A stretch of 64,000 nt of DNA. Origin: Macrostomum lignano (Eukaryota). The stretch's first letter is position 1. Every line of letters starts with the position of its first letter. The translations under genes were made by a program, and so were the position numbers. Location: the NCBI GenBank assembly GCA_002269645.1, contig NIVC01001474.1, positions 1 through 64,000 of the forward strand. The letters run 5' to 3'. The notes under the pieces were generated by a model that saw only the letters and a list, made by a program, of their open reading frames with translations, was not told the DNA's origin and ran no database searches. This document shows positions 39,005 through 48,708 of this stretch, in pieces.

Positions 39005-40353
39005 TGTTATGCCGTGAGCACGTCCGAGATAGAACAAGGATTTCCCTGGGTGGTCGGGTAGGTCTTGATATCCCACCGCTGCCACCAGTGTAATGGCTGT
39101 GCCTAATGCTCTCCGCTGCCACCAATGTAATGCTGGTGCCGGATCCCACCAATGTAACCAATGTAATGGCCTTGTGGATCCCCGTCTCTTTGGTGATTAC
39201 TGCTGTTGCCTACTACTTCCTCTGTCTGTCCTCGCTATCTAGCACGGCCGGTAGCTGGCCTGAGTGGTCTAGCACTATGGTCCGAATTAACCCCTCTTAG
39301 TCTCCACTGAGTACAGTTAGATAATAACCGAGTATTGGTAGTTGGGTTGCTGCCACCTTGTAGGTCTACAGGTGATATCCTCGACAGGTTACCCCTAGGT
39401 AGGCCTACTGATAAGTAGAAAATAAATAAGACAAACAAGTCAGTTAAACGTTTATTAATGTGAGTAACGGTCACAGGCCGATCCTAAATTATCGTTTAGT
39501 AGCTCAACTGGTGTCGCAGTAAACGCCCTAAGCTGTACTGTGCGTCAGTCGATGTTGCCCAACAGTGTAGGTTGTAGGCCACGAGACCAGGTCCAGACGG
39601 TGTTGAAGGTCTGGCGAGCTGCTTACACAAAGACCTGCGGCAGTCTTAATGAGCAAATGGCAGCTGCAACAAAGGTTTGTTAGCAGGTTATCCCTAGGGA
39701 AAACGTCTAGCGATCTGCCTAAGCTAGTTCGTCTAGGAAAAGCGTCTAGGAATCTAGCCTTTGCTCGAAGCCAAGCAGGCGGTCTCCGAGAGGATCGAGA
39801 TCGTCTCCTGAACGAGGATGGTCTCTTTGGGCCTTCACCTATTCTGTATTTATACTAAATTTCGGGGGTCTCAGGGCCAATGGGAAGCTCAGAGGCAGTT
39901 CCGTGGCAGATCCCATGGCAGTTCCGTGGACTACCCGGAGCCAGGAGCGATCTTGGAGATGCCCATAAGACATCTGCCTCATCATGCAGCCTCCGCATGG
40001 CCTGCTGGTACACTGCTTGCATGTTGCCGCATGCAAGGAGTGCACCAAGACCCCACGAGAGCCTACCCCGGGCGGAGAGCTATGCTCTCACTCCCGCTGA
40101 CTAAATAAGCCTGTACTAAGGGAGAAATATCCCACTGACTAATGTTTCTATTTTTAGCCCATTGCAGACTGCGCCAGGGGGAGAGGGGGAGAGATTTCTC
40201 TCCCTGTCCCGCGACAGCTGCACACCTGAGCCTGCACAAGGAAGAAGGGGAAAGGACAGCCCTATGCCCAGCTCCCACTGCTGCAGCCCAAGCACTAACT
40301 GACTAAGGGGGGATCCCAGGAGCAGCCTATGCTAGCTATGCTGGATCACCACA
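39005..40353 (-). repeat. 3' LTR
   Basis: Matches 46903-48251; the only difference I found by eye is 40288 C vs 48186 G. Confidence 0.96.
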
Positions 40354-40365
40354 CCCACCCCACCT
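40354..40365 (-). promoter_or_regulatory. Polypurine tract AGGTGGGGTGGG
   Basis: G-rich tract immediately upstream of the 3' LTR on the element strand. Confidence 0.7.
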
Positions 40366-40557
40366 GAAAAAGAAGAAGCGACACCAGGAGGTTCTTCATC
40401 AAGTAAGGTAAGTCAATGTATTTATGACGTTAGATAATAATTAAAGAAAGGCCATAGGCCAATGCACACGTGATCAATATAGTCGTTGAAAGGCATTACG
40501 CCAATACACCTGGCGAGGCCGTAGGCCTGCCATAGAATGTCGTTCTCGCTTGCCGAA

Positions 40558-41894
40558 TTAGTGAGCCGGTTTCGCCGTGTTCAGCAGCGCCAAGGCCTCT
40601 GGTGAGAGAACCGCCATGCGGCCGAGGTCTTGGGCAGCCCGACGTACCGCAGCTTCTAGGGCAACCGCGTGGTGCCGGTACGGCAACAGAAGAGTACGAG
40701 TCCGGCAGAAGGCTTCGTTGATCAATGCCTGACGTTCGGTCTCCGTCTTGGCCTTTAAGGCTACTACCTGGGGCGTGGGCCAAGCTGTTATGTCCCCGGT
40801 GTAGGCGGCCTTCAGCAACACGGAGACAAGCATGTTCTCTAGTGGCTTGTTTGTCTGCGCCTGGCAGGCTGTTCCGCCGTGAGTCGGCACTGCCTCCCGC
40901 GGGGGCCGCTGCGCTTTCCCAGCCGATCCTGAAATGAAAGATGCTCTGTGGACCGCCAATTGGCTGCGCGCTGTCCCGAGCGGCTCCTTGAGGTGCCCGA
41001 GATCGTCCGGCCTCGTCCCCTAGACGGGGGACGGTCCAGCAAGGCCGTCCTTCGCTGCGCCGGCTCTGTCTGAGGTCCGGCTGCGGCCTGTATGTTCGTG
41101 TCGACCTGAAGCAGCGCCCTTCTCACTATCCCGACGGGAGCCACGACCTGTGGGCCCGATGGCACTGGCGCTGGTTTCGTCGTTACACGTCCCGCATCGG
41201 GGCGCGGTGACGACACGTCCTTCGGGTCAAATGACTCGTCCGAGGCAGACAGCGACAGCTGCTGCTCAAGAGGCATGTCCGAATCGCTCATGATGAGGCT
41301 GGAATGCGGAAGATAGTGCCTTATTGTAGAGACAAAGGCATCCTTGATTCGAGAGACATAGGATTTAGCTTTAGGATTTAGCATTAGTCTCTCCGGGGCT
41401 CGGCGGTCTCTCTGTGGGCGCTCAGCGACAGGCTGAGGGTCCGGGGGCACCGCTTCGGGCTGTTCTATTTCCCTGTGTGCTTCAGGTTGCTCATGAACAG
41501 CTTCCCCATCCTCATTCATTTCAGGTTCGGCGACTTCTGGGATCGCTGCTAATGCTGCGGCCGGACGCAGAAAGTAGCGCGGGGCCCAGTCGTCATCATC
41601 GTCATCGAGCTCGTCAACGTCGTCGGCGGCTTCGCCGGTATTCTGAGAGGCAGTGGTTTCTAGGGCAACGCGACGCTTATGCGGCGGCCCAGCACGGTGC
41701 TCAGCTGCCCGGCCAGCCGGCTCTGGATAGTCAGCTTGCGGAACCGGTAGCATATTGCGACGGTGCACCACCAACTCCTCTCGACGAGCCCTAGGATTCC
41801 GGAGGCGAGGTCTGATCTTGTAGACAACTTCTCCTTTGCGCTCTACTACTTCATACACAGCCTTGCGCGGTCTGTGAAATTTCTGCGCTTCCAA
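40558..41894 (-). CDS. Frameshifted integrase C-terminal tail continuing into an additional non-env ORF of unknown function
   Basis: KFHRPRKAVYEV..VYKI..VVHRRNM is a GPY/F-like integrase tail. It is followed by MSDSD.. at 41291 and a helical Ala/Leu-rich ORF at 40558-40959. Confidence 0.55.
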
Positions 41895-41916
41895 GACTGA
41901 TCTAAGACTGGATTGT

Positions 41917-44900
41917 TCAGAAGACTAGGTCACCCGGTGAGAGCTGCTTGGCCTTCGGGCGATTCTCATAATGTTCATCGCGAAGTTCTTGATGCAGCTT
42001 CACACGGTCCTGGGCTAACTTATTAGCCTCCTCTAGTCTCTTCTGGAAGTCTTGGACGTACGTTGGCAAGTCCGGATATTCAGGTGGGACCCGAAGCTCA
42101 TTATCAATGGGCATCCGGAATTCTCTTCCAAAGACCAAGAAGTAGGGCGTAAACCCTGTAACCGGGTGAACGCTAGATCGCAGAGCGATCATGCATGCTG
42201 GGAGGAAGGTGTCCCAATCCTGGTGATTCTTCTCCAGCAAGCACGTGAGTACACTCTTGATTGTCTTGTTGAGATTTTCCACCTGGCCATTCGAACTAGG
42301 ATTATAAGGCGTTGTGGTCGTGTGCCTAATGCCGTACAGCTCACAAAACTTCTTAAAGTCCTTTCCAGTGAAATTCGTTCCTTGGTCGGTGTGCAGCCAC
42401 GCTGGTACACCGTACTCCGGAAACAACCTTTCCTGAAGAATCTTGACTACGGTCTTGGTCTTCTGGTTCCGCATAGGGAACGCAAAAGGGTATTTTGAAG
42501 TAGCATCGCACAGAGTCAGAATATAGCGGTGGCCAGCTCGCGAAGGTTGCGAGATAGGGCCGACAACGTCGCAGTGTAGCCGCCCCATCACTTCACAGAC
42601 TGGGAAGCTCTGCACAGGCACGGCTTCGCGACGGCGAGTCTTGCTCTCCAGGCAAACTCGACATCGGGCCACGTAGGCCTTAACCGCTTTGCTCAAAGAC
42701 GGCCTCCAAAACCTTTGTCTAACCCGAAGATAGGTCTTAGTTTCGCCAAGGTGTCCACTCAAGGGAGCATCATGGAGCTCTTTGAACACCTGGTCATCTA
42801 GACTCTTCGGCAGCACAATGCGCGGTGGACGGTCTGCTATGTCTTCATCGTAGACGAGCAGGTTGTCTACTAGCCGCAACATCTCAAAGTAGCCTAGTAG
42901 GTTGCGCGTATCCCTACTAAGACGTAGTCGGGCGTCAAAGGACGGCTTGGGCGAACTAGTCGCTAAAAGATTTCTGACGAACTCAATGTCCGGGTCCTTC
43001 TGCTGCTCGAGGAGCAGTTGGTCTCGCTTCAGAGGTTCGGACAGAAAATCACTAAGCAGAACACGACAGCGTGGAGGAACATCCTCACTAACGCTACGGT
43101 TCGCTGATTCCGTTATTGAAGCAGATAATGGCCTTGCTGCGTCGTCGGTCCGGATTCCTGCGGTCAGGTCACCTGAGACACGAGGGCGAACAGCTTCTAT
43201 GGCCGTAGGTGCGGTAGTGTGGCGTCCAACTGGGGCAAAGTCCACAGCTAAACCAGCAACCTTGGCTGCCCATTCCGAGCGGCGGTCCACTGAGGGACAA
43301 CATGTCGCATCAGTCTGGCAGACAGCCTCGGACGCTCCAGCCGAACAACGGTTCACTGAGGAACAACATGTTGAGTCGGCAGAAACAGCCGCAATAACGG
43401 GTGTCGGACATCGGTCCACTGAGGGACAACATGATGAGCCGGCGACGGCAATACGAGATTCCTGCGAGGCAGAACTGCTGGATGTTACTTGGTCGGCGTC
43501 TTCGACTAATCCGAGGGCTGAGGGTACAGTGGCCTCATTTTCTGTCTGGTTGGGTGTCCGTGCTCCAGGACGACAGTCATCGAACTCCGGACCGTCCGGC
43601 TTTCTTGATAAGCTGTCTGCGTTCTGGTGCAAACTTCCCTTCCGATGAATGACAGCAAAGTCGAATTCACTTAGCCGTTCGACCCAACGACCCAAGATCC
43701 CTTCGGCTTCAGTCTGGCGAATGAGCCAAAGAAGAGCCCTGTGGTCTGTTCTAACCTCAAATCTCTTGCCGATTAAGTAATAACGAAAATGCCTCATCGA
43801 GTCAACAACGGCCAAAAGCTCACGCTTGGTGTTGTTGTACCTCGTTTCAGGCTCGCGCAATTTCCGACTAAAATAGGCAACAGGCCGCTCCGCACCATCG
43901 GATTGGCGCTGGCCTAAACAGGCGCCGATTCGGAAACCTGAGGCATCACAATCCAGGACGAAGACTGTGTCTGGGTCTGTGTTGTACTCTGGGTACGCGA
44001 GGACCTCAGTAGAGCACAGCTTCTTCTTGAGCTCATCGAAAGCTTTCGAGTGTTGCTCTGTCCAGAGCCCCTTGAACCCAACAAGGTTCTTCCGAGTCAA
44101 TTGATGCAACGGGGCAGCAATTTCGGCGTAATTCTTGACGAATTTGGCATAGTAGTTACAGAGACCTAGAAAGCTCTGCAGCTGCTTGACTGTCTGAGGA
44201 CGCGGCCAGTCTAGTATCTGCTGTACCTTGTCTTCATTAGTCCTAATGCCTCGTCTATCGACTACATGTCCGAGATAGTGCAACTCTGTCTTAAACAGAT
44301 GGCATTTGCGTGGCTTTAGCTTAAGATTGGCTTCAATGAGCCGCCTGAACATTTCGCGAAGATGTTCGAGGTGCTCCTCGAAGGCAATACTATGAATGAC
44401 AATGTCATCCATGTATCCTAAGGCGAACTTAGTGATACCGTCTAGCAGCATATTGATGCATCGCTGGAAGGCTCCAGGGCTATCGCGAAGCCCCATAGGC
44501 AAGACGTTGAACTCAAACTGACCTCGATTGATCACTGAGAAGGCTGTGCGAAAACGATCCTCTTCACGCAACGGGATCTGATAGAACCCTTGAGCAAGAT
44601 CCAAGCTGCTGAACCATTGAGATCCACGGAGACATGCAAACGTCTCCTGGATAGATGGCAACGGATACGGGCGATATTCGCATCTCTCATTCAGCTCGCG
44701 ATAGTCATGGACTATGCGGACAGATTTGTCCTTCTTAGGCACTACTAAGATAGGAGAGCTGTAGCTTGAATAAGATGGCCTGATCAAGCCCTTCTCTAGC
44801 ATCTCATCTAGCAGCTGATTGACCTGCTCTTGCAGGTGCGGGGGGACCCTGCGAGCTGGGATCCTAACTGGAGTCTCGTCCCGCATGACGATCTGATGGG

Positions 44901-46818
44901 TCACCAGGTGAGTCAGACCGTGATCAAGAGTGTGCGTGGAGAACGCATTACGCGACTCTCTGATCAGCTCTCGAACCTGGGACTTCTGGTCCTCCGTGAT
45001 CGAATCGCCTATCTCTATCTCATTGATCCAATCGTCACTGGCTGAATTGATGTTATCGTCTAGGTGCAACTTGCGCACAGGTGTTGCTTTCAGTTCTGGA
45101 TAGTACTCGAGGTCTTGCGTCCGGAGCGGTGTGGCAAGGCCCACCAAGGCTCCTTTGGCTATATTAACTGGAAAGTTGTTAGGATTAACGACTTCCATGC
45201 AGCCTTTGCCTTCATGCATCGTTACCAATGCTGCAGATGCGCGGACCTGGGAAAGCCCAGCGCGGAGTCCAGATCTGAGTGGTTCAACCACTGCTGGCAC
45301 TCCATAATTCGATTCTTTGCCACGTGCCAGTTGCACAGATATGAGGCCAGAACTTCGAGCAGGAATCTGATGTTTTCCGGCAACATAGACTCTGCACGAG
45401 GTTGGCTCACGGCGCGTATAGCGCACGGGTACACAAGTACCAGTAGTGAGGGTAAGCATTCCTGTCTGGAACTCCAAGGTCCGACAGTGCTTCCTCATAA
45501 AATCAATGCCTAGGAGATTCTCCTGATCGCCGCTTACAATGTAGAATTCAGCTTCAGCTGAGAAATTTCCGAAGACAACATCAAGCATAACCTTACCGGT
45601 TAGCTGTAATTCAGAACCATCATAGGTTAGAATACGATCGGAATAAGTAGGTGTAACTACGCATGCATGAGCAGTACTGCGCGATAACAATCGCCAAGTA
45701 GAAAGGCCCATCAGGTTCAGTCTGCTCCCGCTGTCGAGAAGCAAGGGAACCTGTTGGCCGAAAATAAGCGCAGTTACATAAGGATCAGCACCAGAGTTAT
45801 ATACATTATTTACAAAGAAGAGTCTACGGTATCGCCAGACTCTCCAGACTGCTTTAGTGCGACTTCGGGGTTGGCCCTGGAGAGGGTCCTGGTTGGCAAC
45901 CCCCGCCCGGACGTTTCCCGGCTTCTGAGCCTTGAACTTAGGACAGTCAGGCCTCTTGTGGCCTGGTTTACCGCACTCGTGGCACACAATACCGTGCAGC
46001 CTATCTCTGACAGGTGCGGCTGGCGTCTGCTTGAGAAGCTGCTCAAGCATTTGCTGCTGCTTCTGCAGAACCTCATTCTGGTGCCTGATTAAATTTTTAA
46101 GCTCATCGTCCTGTCGGGGAACCGTAGCTTTGTCCCCACCAAGGCTGCGACAGGGTGCGTCTTTGCTGCGGGCAGCAAGCTCACGCGCTGTCTCGATGCG
46201 CTTGAAGGCGAACTTGGCGTCCTGTAGAGTCTCTGGACGACCCCAGTACAGCCGTTCTCTCGCCTCAATTGTAGTTCTGACACCTTTCAGGAACTGATCA
46301 ACAAGTTCTGATTCGAGCTGAGCTGGCAAGAGATAAGGATAAGCGAGTTCTCCGAGTTCGCGGAGAGCATCTGCAAACTCGTCAATGTCCTCGTTCTTGC
46401 GCTGAGTTCGGCAGCGGAAATCTTCTCGGAATTCCTGTGAGCCGCCTCTCTTTGAGAATCTCTCAATCAGCGCTTCCTTAAACTCTTCGTACTCCAGATG
46501 GTCTGGCAAGTTCAGGCGCAGGACCGAAGCATACGCCGTGTGCACGTCAAGGTTGGCGAGCAACTCCGCCTTCCTGTGGCAGGCACGAATGTCTTCGGTA
46601 TCGCAGCGAAGATCGAAGGCTTTGATCCACGTGCGGATGTCTTGGGATGGCGTGTATTTAGCCATCTTGACATGCTGCCTGACTTGGCCTATACCAAGCT
46701 GGCGCTCCAGTGCATCAGCGAGACGATCAAGACGTTCGCCTAGTACCGGTTCCTCAGCTCCTGCTCCAGCACCATCGTCAGGTGGTGCCATTGAAGCACG
46801 ACTGCTGGCAATAGACAT
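41917..46818 (-). CDS. Gag-Pol polyprotein (1633 aa), single frame
   Basis: Zinc knuckle CHECGKPGHKRPDC; protease LLDSGS; RT LDLAQGFYQI..YMDD; RNase H DCDAS..RELLAVV..TDH; integrase H..H..C..C and DVVGP..DQG..E. Confidence 0.96.
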   Translation of the reverse strand: MSIASSRASMAPPDDGAGAGAEEPVLGERLDRLADALERQLGIGQVRQHVKMAKYTPSQDIRTWIKAFDLRCDTEDIRACHRKAELLANLDVHTAYASVLRLNLPDHLEYEEFKEALIERFSKRGGSQEFREDFRCRTQRKNEDIDEFADALRELGELAYPYLLPAQLESELVDQFLKGVRTTIEARERLYWGRPETLQDAKFAFKRIETARELAARSKDAPCRSLGGDKATVPRQDDELKNLIRHQNEVLQKQQQMLEQLLKQTPAAPVRDRLHGIVCHECGKPGHKRPDCPKFKAQKPGNVRAGVANQDPLQGQPRSRTKAVWRVWRYRRLFFVNNVYNSGADPYVTALIFGQQVPLLLDSGSRLNLMGLSTWRLLSRSTAHACVVTPTYSDRILTYDGSELQLTGKVMLDVVFGNFSAEAEFYIVSGDQENLLGIDFMRKHCRTLEFQTGMLTLTTGTCVPVRYTRREPTSCRVYVAGKHQIPARSSGLISVQLARGKESNYGVPAVVEPLRSGLRAGLSQVRASAALVTMHEGKGCMEVVNPNNFPVNIAKGALVGLATPLRTQDLEYYPELKATPVRKLHLDDNINSASDDWINEIEIGDSITEDQKSQVRELIRESRNAFSTHTLDHGLTHLVTHQIVMRDETPVRIPARRVPPHLQEQVNQLLDEMLEKGLIRPSYSSYSSPILVVPKKDKSVRIVHDYRELNERCEYRPYPLPSIQETFACLRGSQWFSSLDLAQGFYQIPLREEDRFRTAFSVINRGQFEFNVLPMGLRDSPGAFQRCINMLLDGITKFALGYMDDIVIHSIAFEEHLEHLREMFRRLIEANLKLKPRKCHLFKTELHYLGHVVDRRGIRTNEDKVQQILDWPRPQTVKQLQSFLGLCNYYAKFVKNYAEIAAPLHQLTRKNLVGFKGLWTEQHSKAFDELKKKLCSTEVLAYPEYNTDPDTVFVLDCDASGFRIGACLGQRQSDGAERPVAYFSRKLREPETRYNNTKRELLAVVDSMRHFRYYLIGKRFEVRTDHRALLWLIRQTEAEGILGRWVERLSEFDFAVIHRKGSLHQNADSLSRKPDGPEFDDCRPGARTPNQTENEATVPSALGLVEDADQVTSSSSASQESRIAVAGSSCCPSVDRCPTPVIAAVSADSTCCSSVNRCSAGASEAVCQTDATCCPSVDRRSEWAAKVAGLAVDFAPVGRHTTAPTAIEAVRPRVSGDLTAGIRTDDAARPLSASITESANRSVSEDVPPRCRVLLSDFLSEPLKRDQLLLEQQKDPDIEFVRNLLATSSPKPSFDARLRLSRDTRNLLGYFEMLRLVDNLLVYDEDIADRPPRIVLPKSLDDQVFKELHDAPLSGHLGETKTYLRVRQRFWRPSLSKAVKAYVARCRVCLESKTRRREAVPVQSFPVCEVMGRLHCDVVGPISQPSRAGHRYILTLCDATSKYPFAFPMRNQKTKTVVKILQERLFPEYGVPAWLHTDQGTNFTGKDFKKFCELYGIRHTTTTPYNPSSNGQVENLNKTIKSVLTCLLEKNHQDWDTFLPACMIALRSSVHPVTGFTPYFLVFGREFRMPIDNELRVPPEYPDLPTYVQDFQKRLEEANKLAQDRVKLHQELRDEHYENRPKAKQLSPGDLVF

Positions 46819-46883
46819 TGCTATGATTACTAAGTGAGACTAAGACGTAGGTGGACGAAGGATTGACGTGGTCGTTTTACCGG

Positions 46884-46901
46884 ATCCCACCGCTGCCACC
46901 A
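46884..46901 (-). promoter_or_regulatory. Primer-binding site TGGTGGCAGCGGTGGGAT (tRNA-Leu)
   Basis: One nt after the 5' LTR end; complementary to the 3' end ..ATCCCACCGCTGCCACCA of eukaryotic tRNA-Leu(AAG/TAG). Confidence 0.9.
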
Positions 46902-46902
46902 G

Positions 46903-48251
46903 TGTTATGCCGTGAGCACGTCCGAGATAGAACAAGGATTTCCCTGGGTGGTCGGGTAGGTCTTGATATCCCACCGCTGCCACCAGTGTAATGGCTGTGC
47001 CTAATGCTCTCCGCTGCCACCAATGTAATGCTGGTGCCGGATCCCACCAATGTAACCAATGTAATGGCCTTGTGGATCCCCGTCTCTTTGGTGATTACTG
47101 CTGTTGCCTACTACTTCCTCTGTCTGTCCTCGCTATCTAGCACGGCCGGTAGCTGGCCTGAGTGGTCTAGCACTATGGTCCGAATTAACCCCTCTTAGTC
47201 TCCACTGAGTACAGTTAGATAATAACCGAGTATTGGTAGTTGGGTTGCTGCCACCTTGTAGGTCTACAGGTGATATCCTCGACAGGTTACCCCTAGGTAG
47301 GCCTACTGATAAGTAGAAAATAAATAAGACAAACAAGTCAGTTAAACGTTTATTAATGTGAGTAACGGTCACAGGCCGATCCTAAATTATCGTTTAGTAG
47401 CTCAACTGGTGTCGCAGTAAACGCCCTAAGCTGTACTGTGCGTCAGTCGATGTTGCCCAACAGTGTAGGTTGTAGGCCACGAGACCAGGTCCAGACGGTG
47501 TTGAAGGTCTGGCGAGCTGCTTACACAAAGACCTGCGGCAGTCTTAATGAGCAAATGGCAGCTGCAACAAAGGTTTGTTAGCAGGTTATCCCTAGGGAAA
47601 ACGTCTAGCGATCTGCCTAAGCTAGTTCGTCTAGGAAAAGCGTCTAGGAATCTAGCCTTTGCTCGAAGCCAAGCAGGCGGTCTCCGAGAGGATCGAGATC
47701 GTCTCCTGAACGAGGATGGTCTCTTTGGGCCTTCACCTATTCTGTATTTATACTAAATTTCGGGGGTCTCAGGGCCAATGGGAAGCTCAGAGGCAGTTCC
47801 GTGGCAGATCCCATGGCAGTTCCGTGGACTACCCGGAGCCAGGAGCGATCTTGGAGATGCCCATAAGACATCTGCCTCATCATGCAGCCTCCGCATGGCC
47901 TGCTGGTACACTGCTTGCATGTTGCCGCATGCAAGGAGTGCACCAAGACCCCACGAGAGCCTACCCCGGGCGGAGAGCTATGCTCTCACTCCCGCTGACT
48001 AAATAAGCCTGTACTAAGGGAGAAATATCCCACTGACTAATGTTTCTATTTTTAGCCCATTGCAGACTGCGCCAGGGGGAGAGGGGGAGAGATTTCTCTC
48101 CCTGTCCCGCGACAGCTGCACACCTGAGCCTGCACAAGGAAGAAGGGGAAAGGACAGCCCTATGCCCAGCTCCCACTGCTGCAGCGCAAGCACTAACTGA
48201 CTAAGGGGGGATCCCAGGAGCAGCCTATGCTAGCTATGCTGGATCACCACA
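46903..48251 (-). repeat. 5' LTR
   Basis: Direct repeat of 39005-40353. Confidence 0.96.
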
Positions 48252-48708
48252 TATTTAAATATATCCAATCTTGATTACAGAGGTGCATCCACAACATTTA
48301 AACAAAAACTATACTAATTTCTTTTTTCATAAATTCAAATACAGTATTTTCTAAGAAAAGTTTTTGTAATTAATATGTATAGGCCTACTGGAAGGTTTTC
48401 TATATAAAAAATGAGGTACACTACATCAAATGTTCAAGTAATTTGTTATAGATATAGTAATTATTCACTGTTGTCAAAATGCAATATTAAAATAAAAAAT
48501 GCAATTTCAAAAACTGCTTGTTTATATCACCTTTGAAACTGACTATTCTAGAATCAACATAAACTAAAATGGTTTATGTTTAAATTTTTTAAATTTTTAT
48601 TGTAATGATTTACTTTTTGTAGCTTTATAAACCATAAAAAATAAGGGTTAAAGGTCAAGGTGTGTGGCGAAGGAAGAATTTTAAGAAACTAGGTGATTAA
48701 TTTAGATT

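Larger units (their letters stand above)
39005..48251 (-). mobile_element. Young Ty3/Gypsy LTR retrotransposon (9247 bp)
   Basis: TG..CA termini; 4-bp TSD TATT (39001-39004, 48252-48255); two 1349-bp LTRs; PBS; PPT; gag-PR-RT-RH-IN order. Confidence 0.97.

Noticed and set aside
40558-41291. env gene
   Set aside because: No signal peptide, furin site or transmembrane segment.
34174-46837. Plus-strand ORFs antisense to LINE ORF2 and Gypsy pol
   Set aside because: Shadow frames of GC-rich coding sequence with no recognisable motifs.
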